From an uncultured Chloroflexia bacterium (GTDB lineage Bacteria; Chloroflexota; Limnocylindria; QHBO01): a stretch of DNA of 64,000 nt. The first letter of the stretch is position 1. Every line of letters starts with the position of its first letter. Shown here piece after piece: positions 49,032-57,843 of the stretch. The stretch spans positions 64,048-128,047 of the forward strand of contig CAWEUD010000005.1 in assembly GCA_963812115.1 (NCBI GenBank). The letters are read 5' to 3'. The notes beneath the pieces were generated by a model. It saw only the letters and a list, made by a program, of their open reading frames with translations, had not been told where the DNA came from and searched no databases. The position numbers and the translations under genes were made by a program.

Positions 49032-50026
49032 CGCCGTTCCTCCTGCGCCGTGCTTGACTCGATCACCGCCGCCTCCAGCGCCGGCCCGGCCGCCTCGTGC
49101 CGCGGGCGGCCGCTCACCATGGCGACGACGGCACCGATGATGAGCACCGCGGCCAGCATCGTCCGGGCCGTCAGCTGTTCGCCACGGAAGATGACGCCCA
49201 GCGCGACAGCAACGATGGGGTTGACGTAGGCGTACGTCGAGAGCGTCGTTACCGCCACGTTGTGCACCAGCCAGACGTAGGCCGTGTAGCCGACCAGTGA
49301 GCCGAAGACCACCAGGAAGGCGAGGCCCAGCCACGACTCGAGCGAGACGGCCGCGACGTCCAGCCGCCCCGGATCGCCCACGATGAGCGCGGCCAGCACC
49401 AGGCAGCCACCGCCGGCCAGCTGCTGCATGCCCGTACCGAGCAGCTGGTTCTGCGGGAGCGGGCCGTGGCGCGCGTAGAGCGAGCCGGCAGCCCACGCGA
49501 TGGCCGCCAGCATCAACAGGCCGATGCCAGCGGGGTCCAGCTCGGCGATGCCGTGGGCGGGAAGCAGCAGGATGGCAACGCCGACTAGCCCAACGACAAG
49601 ACCTCCGATCGCCAGCAGGCTCGGGCGACGCCGCGTCAGCGCGGCGTCGAAGAGGCTCATCCAGATGGGTACCGTGGCGACCAGCACCGCGGCGATCCCC
49701 GACGGCACGGTCTGCTCCGCGGTCATCACCATGCCGTTGCCGCCCAGCAGCAGAAGGCCGCCCACGACCAGCGCCGTTCGCCACTCGACGAGACGCGGGA
49801 GCACGACCCGGTCGGCGCCGCGCCGGCGGCGCAGACGGTCCTGCACCGCGAGGAAGGCGACCAGGATGGCGCCGGCGATCAGGAAGCGCGCGCCGGCGGA
49901 CAGGAAGGGCGGCATCGTCTCCACGACGTAGGCGATGGCCAGGTAGGTGGAGCCCCAGACGACGTAGACCACGCCGAGCGCAACAGCGACAGAGAGGGTG
50001 GAGGGGCTGGGACGACCGGCGGCCAT
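49028..50026 (-). CDS. EamA/DMT transporter (YedA-like)
   Basis: 'VYVVWGSTYLAI', 'MPPFLSAGARF', 'GSLVGYTAY', 'YAYVNPIVAV'. Confidence 0.9.
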   Translation of the reverse strand: MAAGRPSPSTLSVAVALGVVYVVWGSTYLAIAYVVETMPPFLSAGARFLIAGAILVAFLAVQDRLRRRRGADRVVLPRLVEWRTALVVGGLLLLGGNGMVMTAEQTVPSGIAAVLVATVPIWMSLFDAALTRRRPSLLAIGGLVVGLVGVAILLLPAHGIAELDPAGIGLLMLAAIAWAAGSLYARHGPLPQNQLLGTGMQQLAGGGCLVLAALIVGDPGRLDVAAVSLESWLGLAFLVVFGSLVGYTAYVWLVHNVAVTTLSTYAYVNPIVAVALGVIFRGEQLTARTMLAAVLIIGAVVAMVSGRPRHEAAGPALEAAVIESSTAQEERR

Positions 50027-50064
50027 CTCCGCATTGTGCCGCAGGCCCGCACGCCGGCATGCGG

Positions 50065-50091
50065 TGTCGATTCACGTGGCGCCGGTTCGTC
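50065..50091 (+). promoter_or_regulatory. ECF42-type promoter
   Basis: TGTCGA-N17-CGTC, matching the described ECF42 consensus, directly upstream of the YciI/DGPF gene. Confidence 0.72.
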
Positions 50092-50142
50092 GTTGACAAT
50101 GAGCGGCACCGCCCACGGATGCCGGACATGGAGGACGGACGG

Positions 50143-50490
50143 ATGAAGTACATGGTCCTGATCGCCAGCGGCGAAGACTGGCAGGAGCTCGACGAGGCCC
50201 AGGAGGCCGCGACCTACGAGCGCATCGGGACGTGGTGGGGTGAGCAGGTCGCGACGGGCGCGATCCTGGACGGCCACGAGCTGCAGGGCGTCGAGACCGC
50301 CACCACGGTGCGCCGCGGTGCAGACGGCAACGTGAACGTGACGGATGGCCCGTTCATCGAGGCCAAGGAGTCGGTCGGCGGGTACGCCATCATCGACGTC
50401 CCCGACCTCGATGGGGCCATCTCGCTGGTCTCCGGCTGGCCCGGGCCGGGCGCCCTGGAGATCCGACCGCTGGCGGAGCGGACGGGCTGA
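50143..50490 (+). CDS. YciI/DGPF-domain protein
   Basis: 'ATTVR', 'TDGPFIEAKESVGGY', 'LEIRP'; GGAGG SD. Confidence 0.92.
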   Translation: MKYMVLIASGEDWQELDEAQEAATYERIGTWWGEQVATGAILDGHELQGVETATTVRRGADGNVNVTDGPFIEAKESVGGYAIIDVPDLDGAISLVSGWPGPGALEIRPLAERTG

Positions 50491-50493
50491 TCG

Positions 50494-51747
50494 TTGGTCG
50501 AGCGGTCCCGGGTCGACGCCTCGCTGGAGGACGTCCTTCGCGAGGAGCGGATGCGGCTCACCGCCGCGCTGGTGCGCATCCTGGGCGACTGGGACGCGGC
50601 CGAGGAGCTCGTCCAGGACGCCGCGGTTGCGGCGATCGAGCATTGGCCCTCCGAGGGGATCCCGCGGAACCCCGGCGCGTGGCTCATGACCACGGCTCGC
50701 CGGCGGGCCGTGGACCGGGTTCGGCGCCAGGCTCGCTACCGCGACCGGCTGGCCCAGCTCACGGCGGAAGCCTCACTCGTGGATCAACCGATGCAGACCG
50801 GCGGCGTGCTCGAGACCGATGACCGCCTGCGGCTGATGTTCACCTGCTGCCACCCCGCCCTGAGCAGGGAGGCGCAGGTTGCCCTCACGCTGCGCAGCAT
50901 CGGCGGACTCGAGACGGGCGCCGTGGCGCGAGCCTTCCTGGTGCCCGAGGCGACCGTCGCGCAGCGGCTCGTGCGCGCCAAGCGGAAGATCCGCGATGCC
51001 GGCATCCCCTACCGCGTGCCCGAACCGGCCGAGCTGCCCGAGCGACTGGCGCAGGTGCTCTCCGTGCTCTACCTCATCTTCAACGAGGGGTACCTCGCCA
51101 GCGCCGGAGATGCCGTGGAGCGACGGGGGCTGGCGTCGGACGCCGAGTGGCTCACCTCGCTGCTCGTGCAGCTCATGCCCGACGAGCCCGAGCCGATGGG
51201 CCTGCTGGCCCTGATGCGGCTGCACCTGGCGCGCGGCGGCGCCCGCTTCGATCCCGACGGGTCGCTGGTCCTGCTCCCCGACCAGGACAGGTCGCGCTGG
51301 GACCGTGGCCGGATCCGTGACGCGAGCGACCTCCTGCAGCGAGCCGTGCGCCGCGGGCGTCCCGGTCCGTATCAGCTGCAGGCTGCCATCGTGGCGGTCC
51401 ATGCGTTGGCCGAGAGCTACGCCGACACCGATTGGCCCCAGGTCGTGGCGCTCTACGACCACCTGTTCGCGCTGCAGCCCACCCCGGTGGTCGCCCTCAA
51501 TCGCGCACTCGCGCTCGCCGAGGTCGCCGGCCCCGCCCCCGCGTTGGCGCAGATCGAGCCGCTGGCCGAGCGACTGGACGGCTACCACCTCTTCCATGCC
51601 GCCCGCGCCGAGCTCCTTCGCCGCACCGGACGACCGCGGGAGGCCGCCGACGCGAACCGTCGTGCGCTGAGCCTGACGGAGAACCCGGGCGAGCGCCGCC
51701 TCCTCGAGCAGCGGCTCGCAGCGCTCCACCACGGCGAGCCCGCGTAA
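50494..51747 (+). CDS. ECF42-group sigma-70 factor with C-terminal TPR extension
   Basis: 'AEELVQDA', '[15 protein letters not shown]', '[13 protein letters not shown]', 'YLIFNEGY', 'GPYQLQAAI', 'VVALNRA'. Confidence 0.92.
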   Translation: MVERSRVDASLEDVLREERMRLTAALVRILGDWDAAEELVQDAAVAAIEHWPSEGIPRNPGAWLMTTARRRAVDRVRRQARYRDRLAQLTAEASLVDQPMQTGGVLETDDRLRLMFTCCHPALSREAQVALTLRSIGGLETGAVARAFLVPEATVAQRLVRAKRKIRDAGIPYRVPEPAELPERLAQVLSVLYLIFNEGYLASAGDAVERRGLASDAEWLTSLLVQLMPDEPEPMGLLALMRLHLARGGARFDPDGSLVLLPDQDRSRWDRGRIRDASDLLQRAVRRGRPGPYQLQAAIVAVHALAESYADTDWPQVVALYDHLFALQPTPVVALNRALALAEVAGPAPALAQIEPLAERLDGYHLFHAARAELLRRTGRPREAADANRRALSLTENPGERRLLEQRLAALHHGEPA

Positions 51748-51830
51748 CAGGCAGGCGTCCAGCCGCGTACTAGGCATGGCCACGGCTCAGCCCGGGGTCA
51801 CCGACACGCAGACGAAGGTGAGGGCCCACG

Positions 51831-52493
51831 ATGACCACCCGGACGAACACGCGCGCCGCCATCCCCGCCGGCCTGCTGGCCGCTCTCATGCTCAGCGCCT
51901 GCACCGGCGCCGGCTCGGGGACGGTCGCTCCGACCGCGACCGCATCGCTGACCGAGAGCATGCCGGCAACGCCGGATGCAACGCCAGCCACCGAGACGCC
52001 GACCATGGACCCGAGCACCGAGCCGAGCGCCGCTGGCCCGGAGCCAACAGCGAGCCTGGAGCCCTTCGCCTGCAGCCTGCCCGTGGAGAGCGGCGGCACG
52101 ACCGACCGCGCGCAGCTGACCGACGTCCGGGTCGGGCAGCACGACGGCTACGACCGCATCGTGTTCGAATTCGAGGGCGGGATTCCGCCGTACACCATCT
52201 CGGAGTCGACGCCCCCGTTCACCGAGGATCCGAGCGGGCTGCCGATTGAGGTGGAGGGCTCGTACGTGTGGCAGATCGTGCTCAACGGCGGCACGAAGAT
52301 GACGCCGGACGGGTCATCGAGCTACGACGGGCCCACCGACCTCACGCCAGGCTTCGACAAGCTCGTCGAACTGGTCGAGGGCGGCGACTTCGAGGCGTTG
52401 AGCACGTGGTACGCCGGCATGTCGGCCGACTCGTGCATCCGCGTCATGAACCTCGACGGCGTCCCCCGGCTGGTGATCGACATCGAGCACTGA
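51831..52493 (+). CDS. Lipoprotein with AMIN-like domain
   Basis: Lipobox LSAC; P/T linker; 'DVRVGQHDGYDRIVFEF', 'GDFE', 'RLVIDI'. Confidence 0.8.
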   Translation: MTTRTNTRAAIPAGLLAALMLSACTGAGSGTVAPTATASLTESMPATPDATPATETPTMDPSTEPSAAGPEPTASLEPFACSLPVESGGTTDRAQLTDVRVGQHDGYDRIVFEFEGGIPPYTISESTPPFTEDPSGLPIEVEGSYVWQIVLNGGTKMTPDGSSSYDGPTDLTPGFDKLVELVEGGDFEALSTWYAGMSADSCIRVMNLDGVPRLVIDIEH

Positions 52494-52568
52494 GTCGGTC
52501 GCGGCAGCAAGCGCGTGAGGCGCCCGGCCGGTAGCATCGGTCCATCACCCCGTAGACCCGGAGACCAC

Positions 52569-53075
52569 ATGGCAGACCGACCGCAGGCGCCGTCCGGCAA
52601 TCTCGACCAGTCGAAGTCCTACGCTGCCCGCTTCAAGACCGAGCGTGGCGAGTTCACCGTCGAGCTCTACGCCCAGCAGGCGCCGTACACCGTCGAGAAC
52701 TTCGTGAACCTGGCGCGCGCCGGGTACTACAACGGCACGACCTTCCACCGCGTCATCCCCGGCTTCATGGCCCAGGCGGGCGATCCGACGGGCACCGGCC
52801 GCGGCGGCCCCGGCTACACCTTCAAGGACGAGTTCAGCGCGCAGCTGCACCATGACGGCCCCGGTGTGCTCTCGATGGCCAACGCCGGGCCCGGAACCAA
52901 CGGCAGCCAGTTCTTCATCACCTTCGGACCGACGCCCCACCTCGACGGGCGGCACACCGTGTTCGGACGGGTGACCGAGGGGATGGACGTGGTCAGCTCG
53001 ATCCGCGAGCGCGATCCAGGTCGCGACCCGAATCCCGGCGATGTCATCGAAACGATCGAGGTCATCGAGGAGTAG
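52569..53075 (+). CDS. Cyclophilin-type peptidyl-prolyl isomerase
   Basis: '[19 protein letters not shown]', '[18 protein letters not shown]', 'LDGRHTVFG'. Confidence 0.95.
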   Translation: MADRPQAPSGNLDQSKSYAARFKTERGEFTVELYAQQAPYTVENFVNLARAGYYNGTTFHRVIPGFMAQAGDPTGTGRGGPGYTFKDEFSAQLHHDGPGVLSMANAGPGTNGSQFFITFGPTPHLDGRHTVFGRVTEGMDVVSSIRERDPGRDPNPGDVIETIEVIEE

Positions 53076-53096
53076 CGCGATAGGCCTCCTGCAGCC

Positions 53097-55256
53097 ATGA
53101 GCTGGCCACGCCTGGCCGACCTGGGCCGGCTGCCGATTCCCGGCACCGACGGGCCGGCCAGCATTCGCTTCACGCCGGATGGATCGGCGATTACCTACCT
53201 GCAGGCCGATGCCGGCTCCCTGGTCCAGTCGCTCTGGCGGCAGGACCTCGCGACCGGCGGACGGACCGTACTCGTCGCGCCCGCCCCCGACCAGGGCGCG
53301 GGCACAGAGCTCACGCACCGCGAGCAGCTCGACCGAGAGCGACGCCGTGCCACGGCCCTCGGCGTCGCCGAGTACGCCTGGCTGACCGCCGGACCGGTGC
53401 CGATGCTGCTGGTGCCGATGCGCGGCGGCGCTGTTGCGCTGGTGGGGGACGCTGGTCCGCGCCAGGTCTCCGGCGTGCAGGCGGCCGAGGCCGTCATCGG
53501 CTCACCCGATGGCAGGCTGGTCGCCTTCGTCCGCGACGGCGACATCTGGCTCACCCCGATCGACGGTGGGGAGCCGCGCCGGCTGACGGCTGACGCCGGC
53601 GACGGCGTCTTCAATGGGCAGGCGGAGTATGCCGCCGCCGAGGAGCTCGACCGCTTCACGGGACTGTGGTGGAGCTGCGACAGCCGGCACATCGCGTTCG
53701 CCCACGTGGACGAGACGTCGGTCCCTCGATTCCCGATTGCCCACCTCGGTGACGCGGCGCCGTTCCACGAAGAGCACCGGTACCCGTTCGCCGGCGGCCC
53801 GAATGCGTCCGTCTCACTGCGCATCCTGGAGGTGGCGAGCGGGCGGTCACACGACGTCGCGCTTCCGATGCAGCCCGACGACTACCTCGCGCGGGTGGTC
53901 CCCCATCCCGTGGACGGGTGGCTGACCGCCGTCCTGCCACGGGCCCAGCGGTCGCTCCACTGGCTCCGGGTCGCGCCGGACGGCACCGCCCGCCATCTCT
54001 GGACAGAGGCGGCGGAACCGTGGATCAACCTCGATCACGACACGCGCATCCTGCCCGACGGCCGGATCCTGCGGTCGACCGAGCGCACCGGCTTCCGCCA
54101 CCTCGAGCTTCGAGGGTCGGACGGCCAGCCCCTCGGCCGGCTGACCGGCGGTGACTGGTCGGTCACCTCGGTCGCGCACGTGGACGCGACCGGGGGTCGG
54201 GTCTACTTCCAGGGCCACGCCGACGGAGCGACCGAGCAGCACCTGTACGAGGTGCCGCTGGATACCCCGGCGCCGGTGGTGAGCCCACGTCGCCTGACCA
54301 GCGAACCGGGCTGGCACGCGGCGACCTTCTCGGACGGCGGCGGGCAGTGGCTCGACGCCTGGTCCGACCTCGCAAGCTCGCCGCGGCTCATCCTGCACGA
54401 CGCCGCTCGGGGCAGCGGGCGACCGATCATGGGGCCATCGCTGACGGCGTCAGGCCTTGGCGTCTCGCCCCCGGAGCTCGTGGAGCTGAGGGCTGCCGAT
54501 GGGGAGACGGTCCTCCACGCGGCTCTCTACCGGCCCGAGGCACGTGGCAAGGCCCCGCCGGCCTGCGTCGTCTGGGTCTATGCCGGACCGCATCAGCAGT
54601 ACGCGAGGCGCGAGTGGACGACCACCGCCCACCCGCTGCGGCAGTACCTGGCCCGCGCCGGCGTCGCGGTGCTGGTGGTGGATGGCCGCGGGTCGAAGGA
54701 CCGCGGCCTCGCGTTCGAAGGCCCGATCCGGGGCCGGCTGGGAGAGGTCGAGGTCCAGGACCAGGCGGCCGCGGTCCGCCAACTCGCCGATCGCGGCGAG
54801 ATCGACGGTGCCCGCGTGGCCATAACCGGCGCGAGCTACGGCGGCTTCATGACGCTGCGCGCGATGGCGGAGGAGCCCGAGCTCTTCAAGGCGGGGGTCG
54901 CCGTGGCGCCGGTCACCGCCTGGGACGGCTACGACACCGCCTACACCGAGCGCTACCTCGGCCTGCCAGACGCAGATCCGGATGCCTACGCGGCCTCATC
55001 GGTCCTCGGGCGGACGGAACGGCTGCAGGGAAGGCTGCTGCTCATCCACGGCGCCGTCGACGAGAACGTTCACCTCCGGCACTCCGTTCGGCTCGTGGCC
55101 GAGCTGCAGGATGCCGGTCGTGACGTGGAGCTCGTCATCCTGCCGGCCGACCGGCACAAGACGCGCACGGCGTCTGGACTCACGACGCGCGACCGGCGCA
55201 TGGTCAGGCACCTGCTGGAGGGCCTCGGCGTCCCGCTCCCCGACGAGCTGGCCTAG
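53097..55256 (+). CDS. S9B dipeptidyl-peptidase IV-like serine peptidase
   Basis: DPPIV_N 'EEL.RFTG.WWS', 'RYPFAG'; nucleophile 'GASYGG', 'HGAVDENVH', catalytic His 'DRH'. Confidence 0.92.
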   Translation: MSWPRLADLGRLPIPGTDGPASIRFTPDGSAITYLQADAGSLVQSLWRQDLATGGRTVLVAPAPDQGAGTELTHREQLDRERRRATALGVAEYAWLTAGPVPMLLVPMRGGAVALVGDAGPRQVSGVQAAEAVIGSPDGRLVAFVRDGDIWLTPIDGGEPRRLTADAGDGVFNGQAEYAAAEELDRFTGLWWSCDSRHIAFAHVDETSVPRFPIAHLGDAAPFHEEHRYPFAGGPNASVSLRILEVASGRSHDVALPMQPDDYLARVVPHPVDGWLTAVLPRAQRSLHWLRVAPDGTARHLWTEAAEPWINLDHDTRILPDGRILRSTERTGFRHLELRGSDGQPLGRLTGGDWSVTSVAHVDATGGRVYFQGHADGATEQHLYEVPLDTPAPVVSPRRLTSEPGWHAATFSDGGGQWLDAWSDLASSPRLILHDAARGSGRPIMGPSLTASGLGVSPPELVELRAADGETVLHAALYRPEARGKAPPACVVWVYAGPHQQYARREWTTTAHPLRQYLARAGVAVLVVDGRGSKDRGLAFEGPIRGRLGEVEVQDQAAAVRQLADRGEIDGARVAITGASYGGFMTLRAMAEEPELFKAGVAVAPVTAWDGYDTAYTERYLGLPDADPDAYAASSVLGRTERLQGRLLLIHGAVDENVHLRHSVRLVAELQDAGRDVELVILPADRHKTRTASGLTTRDRRMVRHLLEGLGVPLPDELA

Positions 55257-55414
55257 GCCGCGAGCTGCTCGTACAGGAGGCCGAAGGTGGTCGCGGTGTC
55301 CGGTGCGAACTCGGTTCGCGTGTTGCACGCCGGGCAGGTGAGCTCGTCCCGGGTCTCGTCGACCTCGAAATCGACCTCTTCCTGGCACCAGCTGCAGTCG
55401 AGCTGAATGGTCAT
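55253..55414 (-). CDS. Small acidic zinc-ribbon protein (53 aa)
   Basis: CSWC-x16-CPAC; stop overlaps the convergent peptidase stop. Confidence 0.65.
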   Translation of the reverse strand: MTIQLDCSWCQEEVDFEVDETRDELTCPACNTRTEFAPDTATTFGLLYEQLAA

Positions 55415-55520
55415 GCCTCGAGATTGAGCTCCTCGTGTGACACCTAGCGTGTCGCAACCGCGGAACGGCGCAATCGCGAACACTTGCGTGGTTGCGCAAT
55501 CAATGACACAATGGTCACCG

Positions 55521-55814
55521 ATGGAAGCGACGCTCTCTCCCGAGATCCTCCGCAACCGCTCCGCCGCCATCGCGAAGGCGCTGGCGGATGCCAAGCGGCT
55601 ATGCGTGGTCGAGCGCCTCGCCGAGGGCGAGCGCTCGGTCAGCGACCTGTCGCGCGACGTGGGCTGCCAGGTGCCGAACATGAGCCAGCACCTATCGGTC
55701 CTGCGCGCGGCCGGAGTCGTTGCCTCCCGGCGCGAGGGCAGCACCGTCTTCTATCGGCTCGCGGACCCGCAGGTCCTCGAGGTGTACCGACTCTTGCAGC
55801 AGGTCGCCCGGTAG
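55521..55814 (+). CDS. ArsR/SmtB-family regulator
   Basis: 'AKALADAKRL', 'ERSVSDL', 'SQHLSVLRAAGVV..RREGSTVFYRL'. Confidence 0.92.
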   Translation: MEATLSPEILRNRSAAIAKALADAKRLCVVERLAEGERSVSDLSRDVGCQVPNMSQHLSVLRAAGVVASRREGSTVFYRLADPQVLEVYRLLQQVAR

Positions 55815-55853
55815 GGTCGACTCATCCCGGAAGAAAGGACCGATTCAGAACCG

Positions 55854-56192
55854 ATGTCGAACGTACGCGAAGCGACCGACGCCAACTTCGAGGAGCTCGT
55901 CCTCAAGAACGAGAAGCCCGTCATCGTGGACTTCTGGGCCGCCTGGTGCGGTCCGTGTCGCCTGGTCGCCCCGGAGATCGATAAGCTGGCCGAGAAGTAC
56001 GCGGGCAACGTTGAGGTGGTGAAGGTGGACGTCGACGCGAACCCGCACACCGCCATGCACTACGGGATCATGAGCATCCCCACCGTTGCCTTCTTCGCCC
56101 CAGGCGAGCCGCCGAAGGCGGCCGTCGGGTTCCGCCCGGCCGACCAGCTCGAAACGGCCTTCGGCCTGGAGACCTACGCGAAGACCGCGTGA
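55854..56192 (+). CDS. trxA: Thioredoxin
   Basis: 'VDFWAAWCGPCR', 'IMSIPT'; GAAAGGA SD. Confidence 0.95.
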   Translation: MSNVREATDANFEELVLKNEKPVIVDFWAAWCGPCRLVAPEIDKLAEKYAGNVEVVKVDVDANPHTAMHYGIMSIPTVAFFAPGEPPKAAVGFRPADQLETAFGLETYAKTA

Positions 56193-56214
56193 TCGCCTGA
56201 CAGGCTGTCCCCGA

Positions 56215-56241
56215 CGCCCGTTCCGCCCGGCGGAGCGGGCG
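56215..56241 (+). terminator. GC-rich hairpin after trxA
   Basis: GCCCGTTCCGC-ccg-GCGGAGCGGGC; no U-tract. Confidence 0.45.
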
Positions 56242-56296
56242 CCTTGCTGTCCGCGGGACTCGCAGAAGGGACGCACTCCCGCTAGCCTTCCCCAGA

Positions 56297-57595
56297 GTGA
56301 GCCGTTCGATCGTCGCCGTCCTGCTGGGCACCTTTACGCTGCGCTTCAGCACGGGCCTGACCGGCGGCATGCTCGTCTACTACCTGGACGACCTCCCGAA
56401 ATACGGCGGCCTGCGGGTCGACAGCACCACGGTGGCGCTGCTCACCGCCGGCTATTTCCTCGCCGAGCTCGTCGGTTCGCCGGCCTTCGGCTACCTCTCC
56501 GACCGTTTCGGCGCCCATCGCGTGATGCAGATCGGACCGGTCTTCGGCGTGGCGGCGGCGCTGGCCACCGCGTTCGTGGTCGACCTCTGGGTGCTCGGCG
56601 GCACCCGGATTCTCGAGGGCGGCGCCGCGGCGGCGTCGATCCCCTCGATCCTCGGCTACATCGCCCTGGCCACCAGCGCGGACCAGGCCCTGCGCGGCAA
56701 GGCGGTCGCCCGCTTCGAAGCCGCCACGCTGGCGGGCATCGGCCTGGGAATCGTCGCGGCCGGGCCGATCTTCGACCTCCTGGGTCGCGGTGGCTTCCTC
56801 CTCAACGCGGCGGTCTACCTCGGCTCCTTCGCCATCTACCGGTGGGGGGTCAAGGAGCTCCACCACGAGGCGAGCACCGATGAGCTCGAGGCCGGCACGC
56901 ACCACCTCCGTCCCACCGCGCTGGATCTCGGCCGCTACTGGCGCCTGCTCAGCTCCTCGCGCATCTGGCTGCTGGCTCCGACCTGGATCGCGCTGAACGC
57001 CGTCCTCGGCTCGTGGGCAACCCAATCGGTCTTCCAGCTCGTGCGCGAACCGCCGGCCGCGTTCAGCAACCAGCTGCTGATGCAGGGAACCAGCCCCACG
57101 ACGGTGAGCCTGGGCTTCGGGGGCGTCGGGCTGATCTTCCTGGCGGGGCTCTGGTACTGGGGCAACCGCTTCAAGCAGCTGCGACGGACGACGATCATCG
57201 CCATCGGCCTGGGGGGTGCACTGGCGATGCTGGCGGCAACGTTCGCCCTCAACCACTCGGGTGGGTGGGGCCTGCCGGCCCAGGCGCCGCTGATCCTGGT
57301 CGCCGCAGCGGGGCTCTTCGTCATGGCGGGTGCCACGCCGGCGGCGCTCGGCCTGCTCGCCGACATCAGCGAGAGCCATCCGGCGGACCGCGGCGCGATC
57401 ATGGGCCTCTACTCTGTCTTCCTTGGCATCGGCCAGATCCTGGGCGCACTGGTCAGCGGCCCGGCCGGTGACTGGGCCGGGATCGACGGCCTCCTGATCG
57501 CCAGCGTGGGACTCATCTTGGTCGCGATCCTGCCCGTCGGCCAGCTGCGTGCCTCCGAGCACCTCGTCGGATCCGCGCCCGAGCAGGCGGCCTGA
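56297..57595 (+). CDS. MFS transporter
   Basis: About 12 TM; motif A-like 'GYLSDRFGAHR'. Confidence 0.88.
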   Translation: MSRSIVAVLLGTFTLRFSTGLTGGMLVYYLDDLPKYGGLRVDSTTVALLTAGYFLAELVGSPAFGYLSDRFGAHRVMQIGPVFGVAAALATAFVVDLWVLGGTRILEGGAAAASIPSILGYIALATSADQALRGKAVARFEAATLAGIGLGIVAAGPIFDLLGRGGFLLNAAVYLGSFAIYRWGVKELHHEASTDELEAGTHHLRPTALDLGRYWRLLSSSRIWLLAPTWIALNAVLGSWATQSVFQLVREPPAAFSNQLLMQGTSPTTVSLGFGGVGLIFLAGLWYWGNRFKQLRRTTIIAIGLGGALAMLAATFALNHSGGWGLPAQAPLILVAAAGLFVMAGATPAALGLLADISESHPADRGAIMGLYSVFLGIGQILGALVSGPAGDWAGIDGLLIASVGLILVAILPVGQLRASEHLVGSAPEQAA

Positions 57596-57599
57596 GGCC

Positions 57600-57779
57600 C
57601 CGATAGATCACTCGTTCTGCACCCGAAGGCCGGTTCGGGCCTTGTCTTGAACGTTCTATCGGTGCGAGGCACGCTCGGAGCGCCCGCGGAGGCAGCATCC
57701 AGGCTCACCGCGCAGCGGTAGATCGCGCAGATCGCGACCGGAAACGCCCCCCGGGTCCGATTCCGACGATCTATCGGTG
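57600..57779. repeat. Structured intergenic element with nested inverted and direct repeats (candidate ncRNA/REP/MITE)
   Basis: CCGATAGATC (57600-57609) is the exact complement of GATCTATCGG (57768-57777); near-copy CGTTCTATCGGTG at 57652-57664. Confidence 0.65.
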
Positions 57780-57843
57780 GGCGCCCCGCAGGGAGCCGGG
57801 CAGGCGACCGGTCGGACCATCGGTCCGCTATCCTTTGCGCCCC

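Noticed and set aside
55253-55414. LysW amino-group carrier
   Set aside because: Lacks the C-terminal EDWGE; no lysX/argX genes nearby.
57596-57843. T-box leader for proS
   Set aside because: No AGGGTGGNACCGCG antiterminator or specifier-loop motifs; a -10 box sits 9 nt before the ATG.
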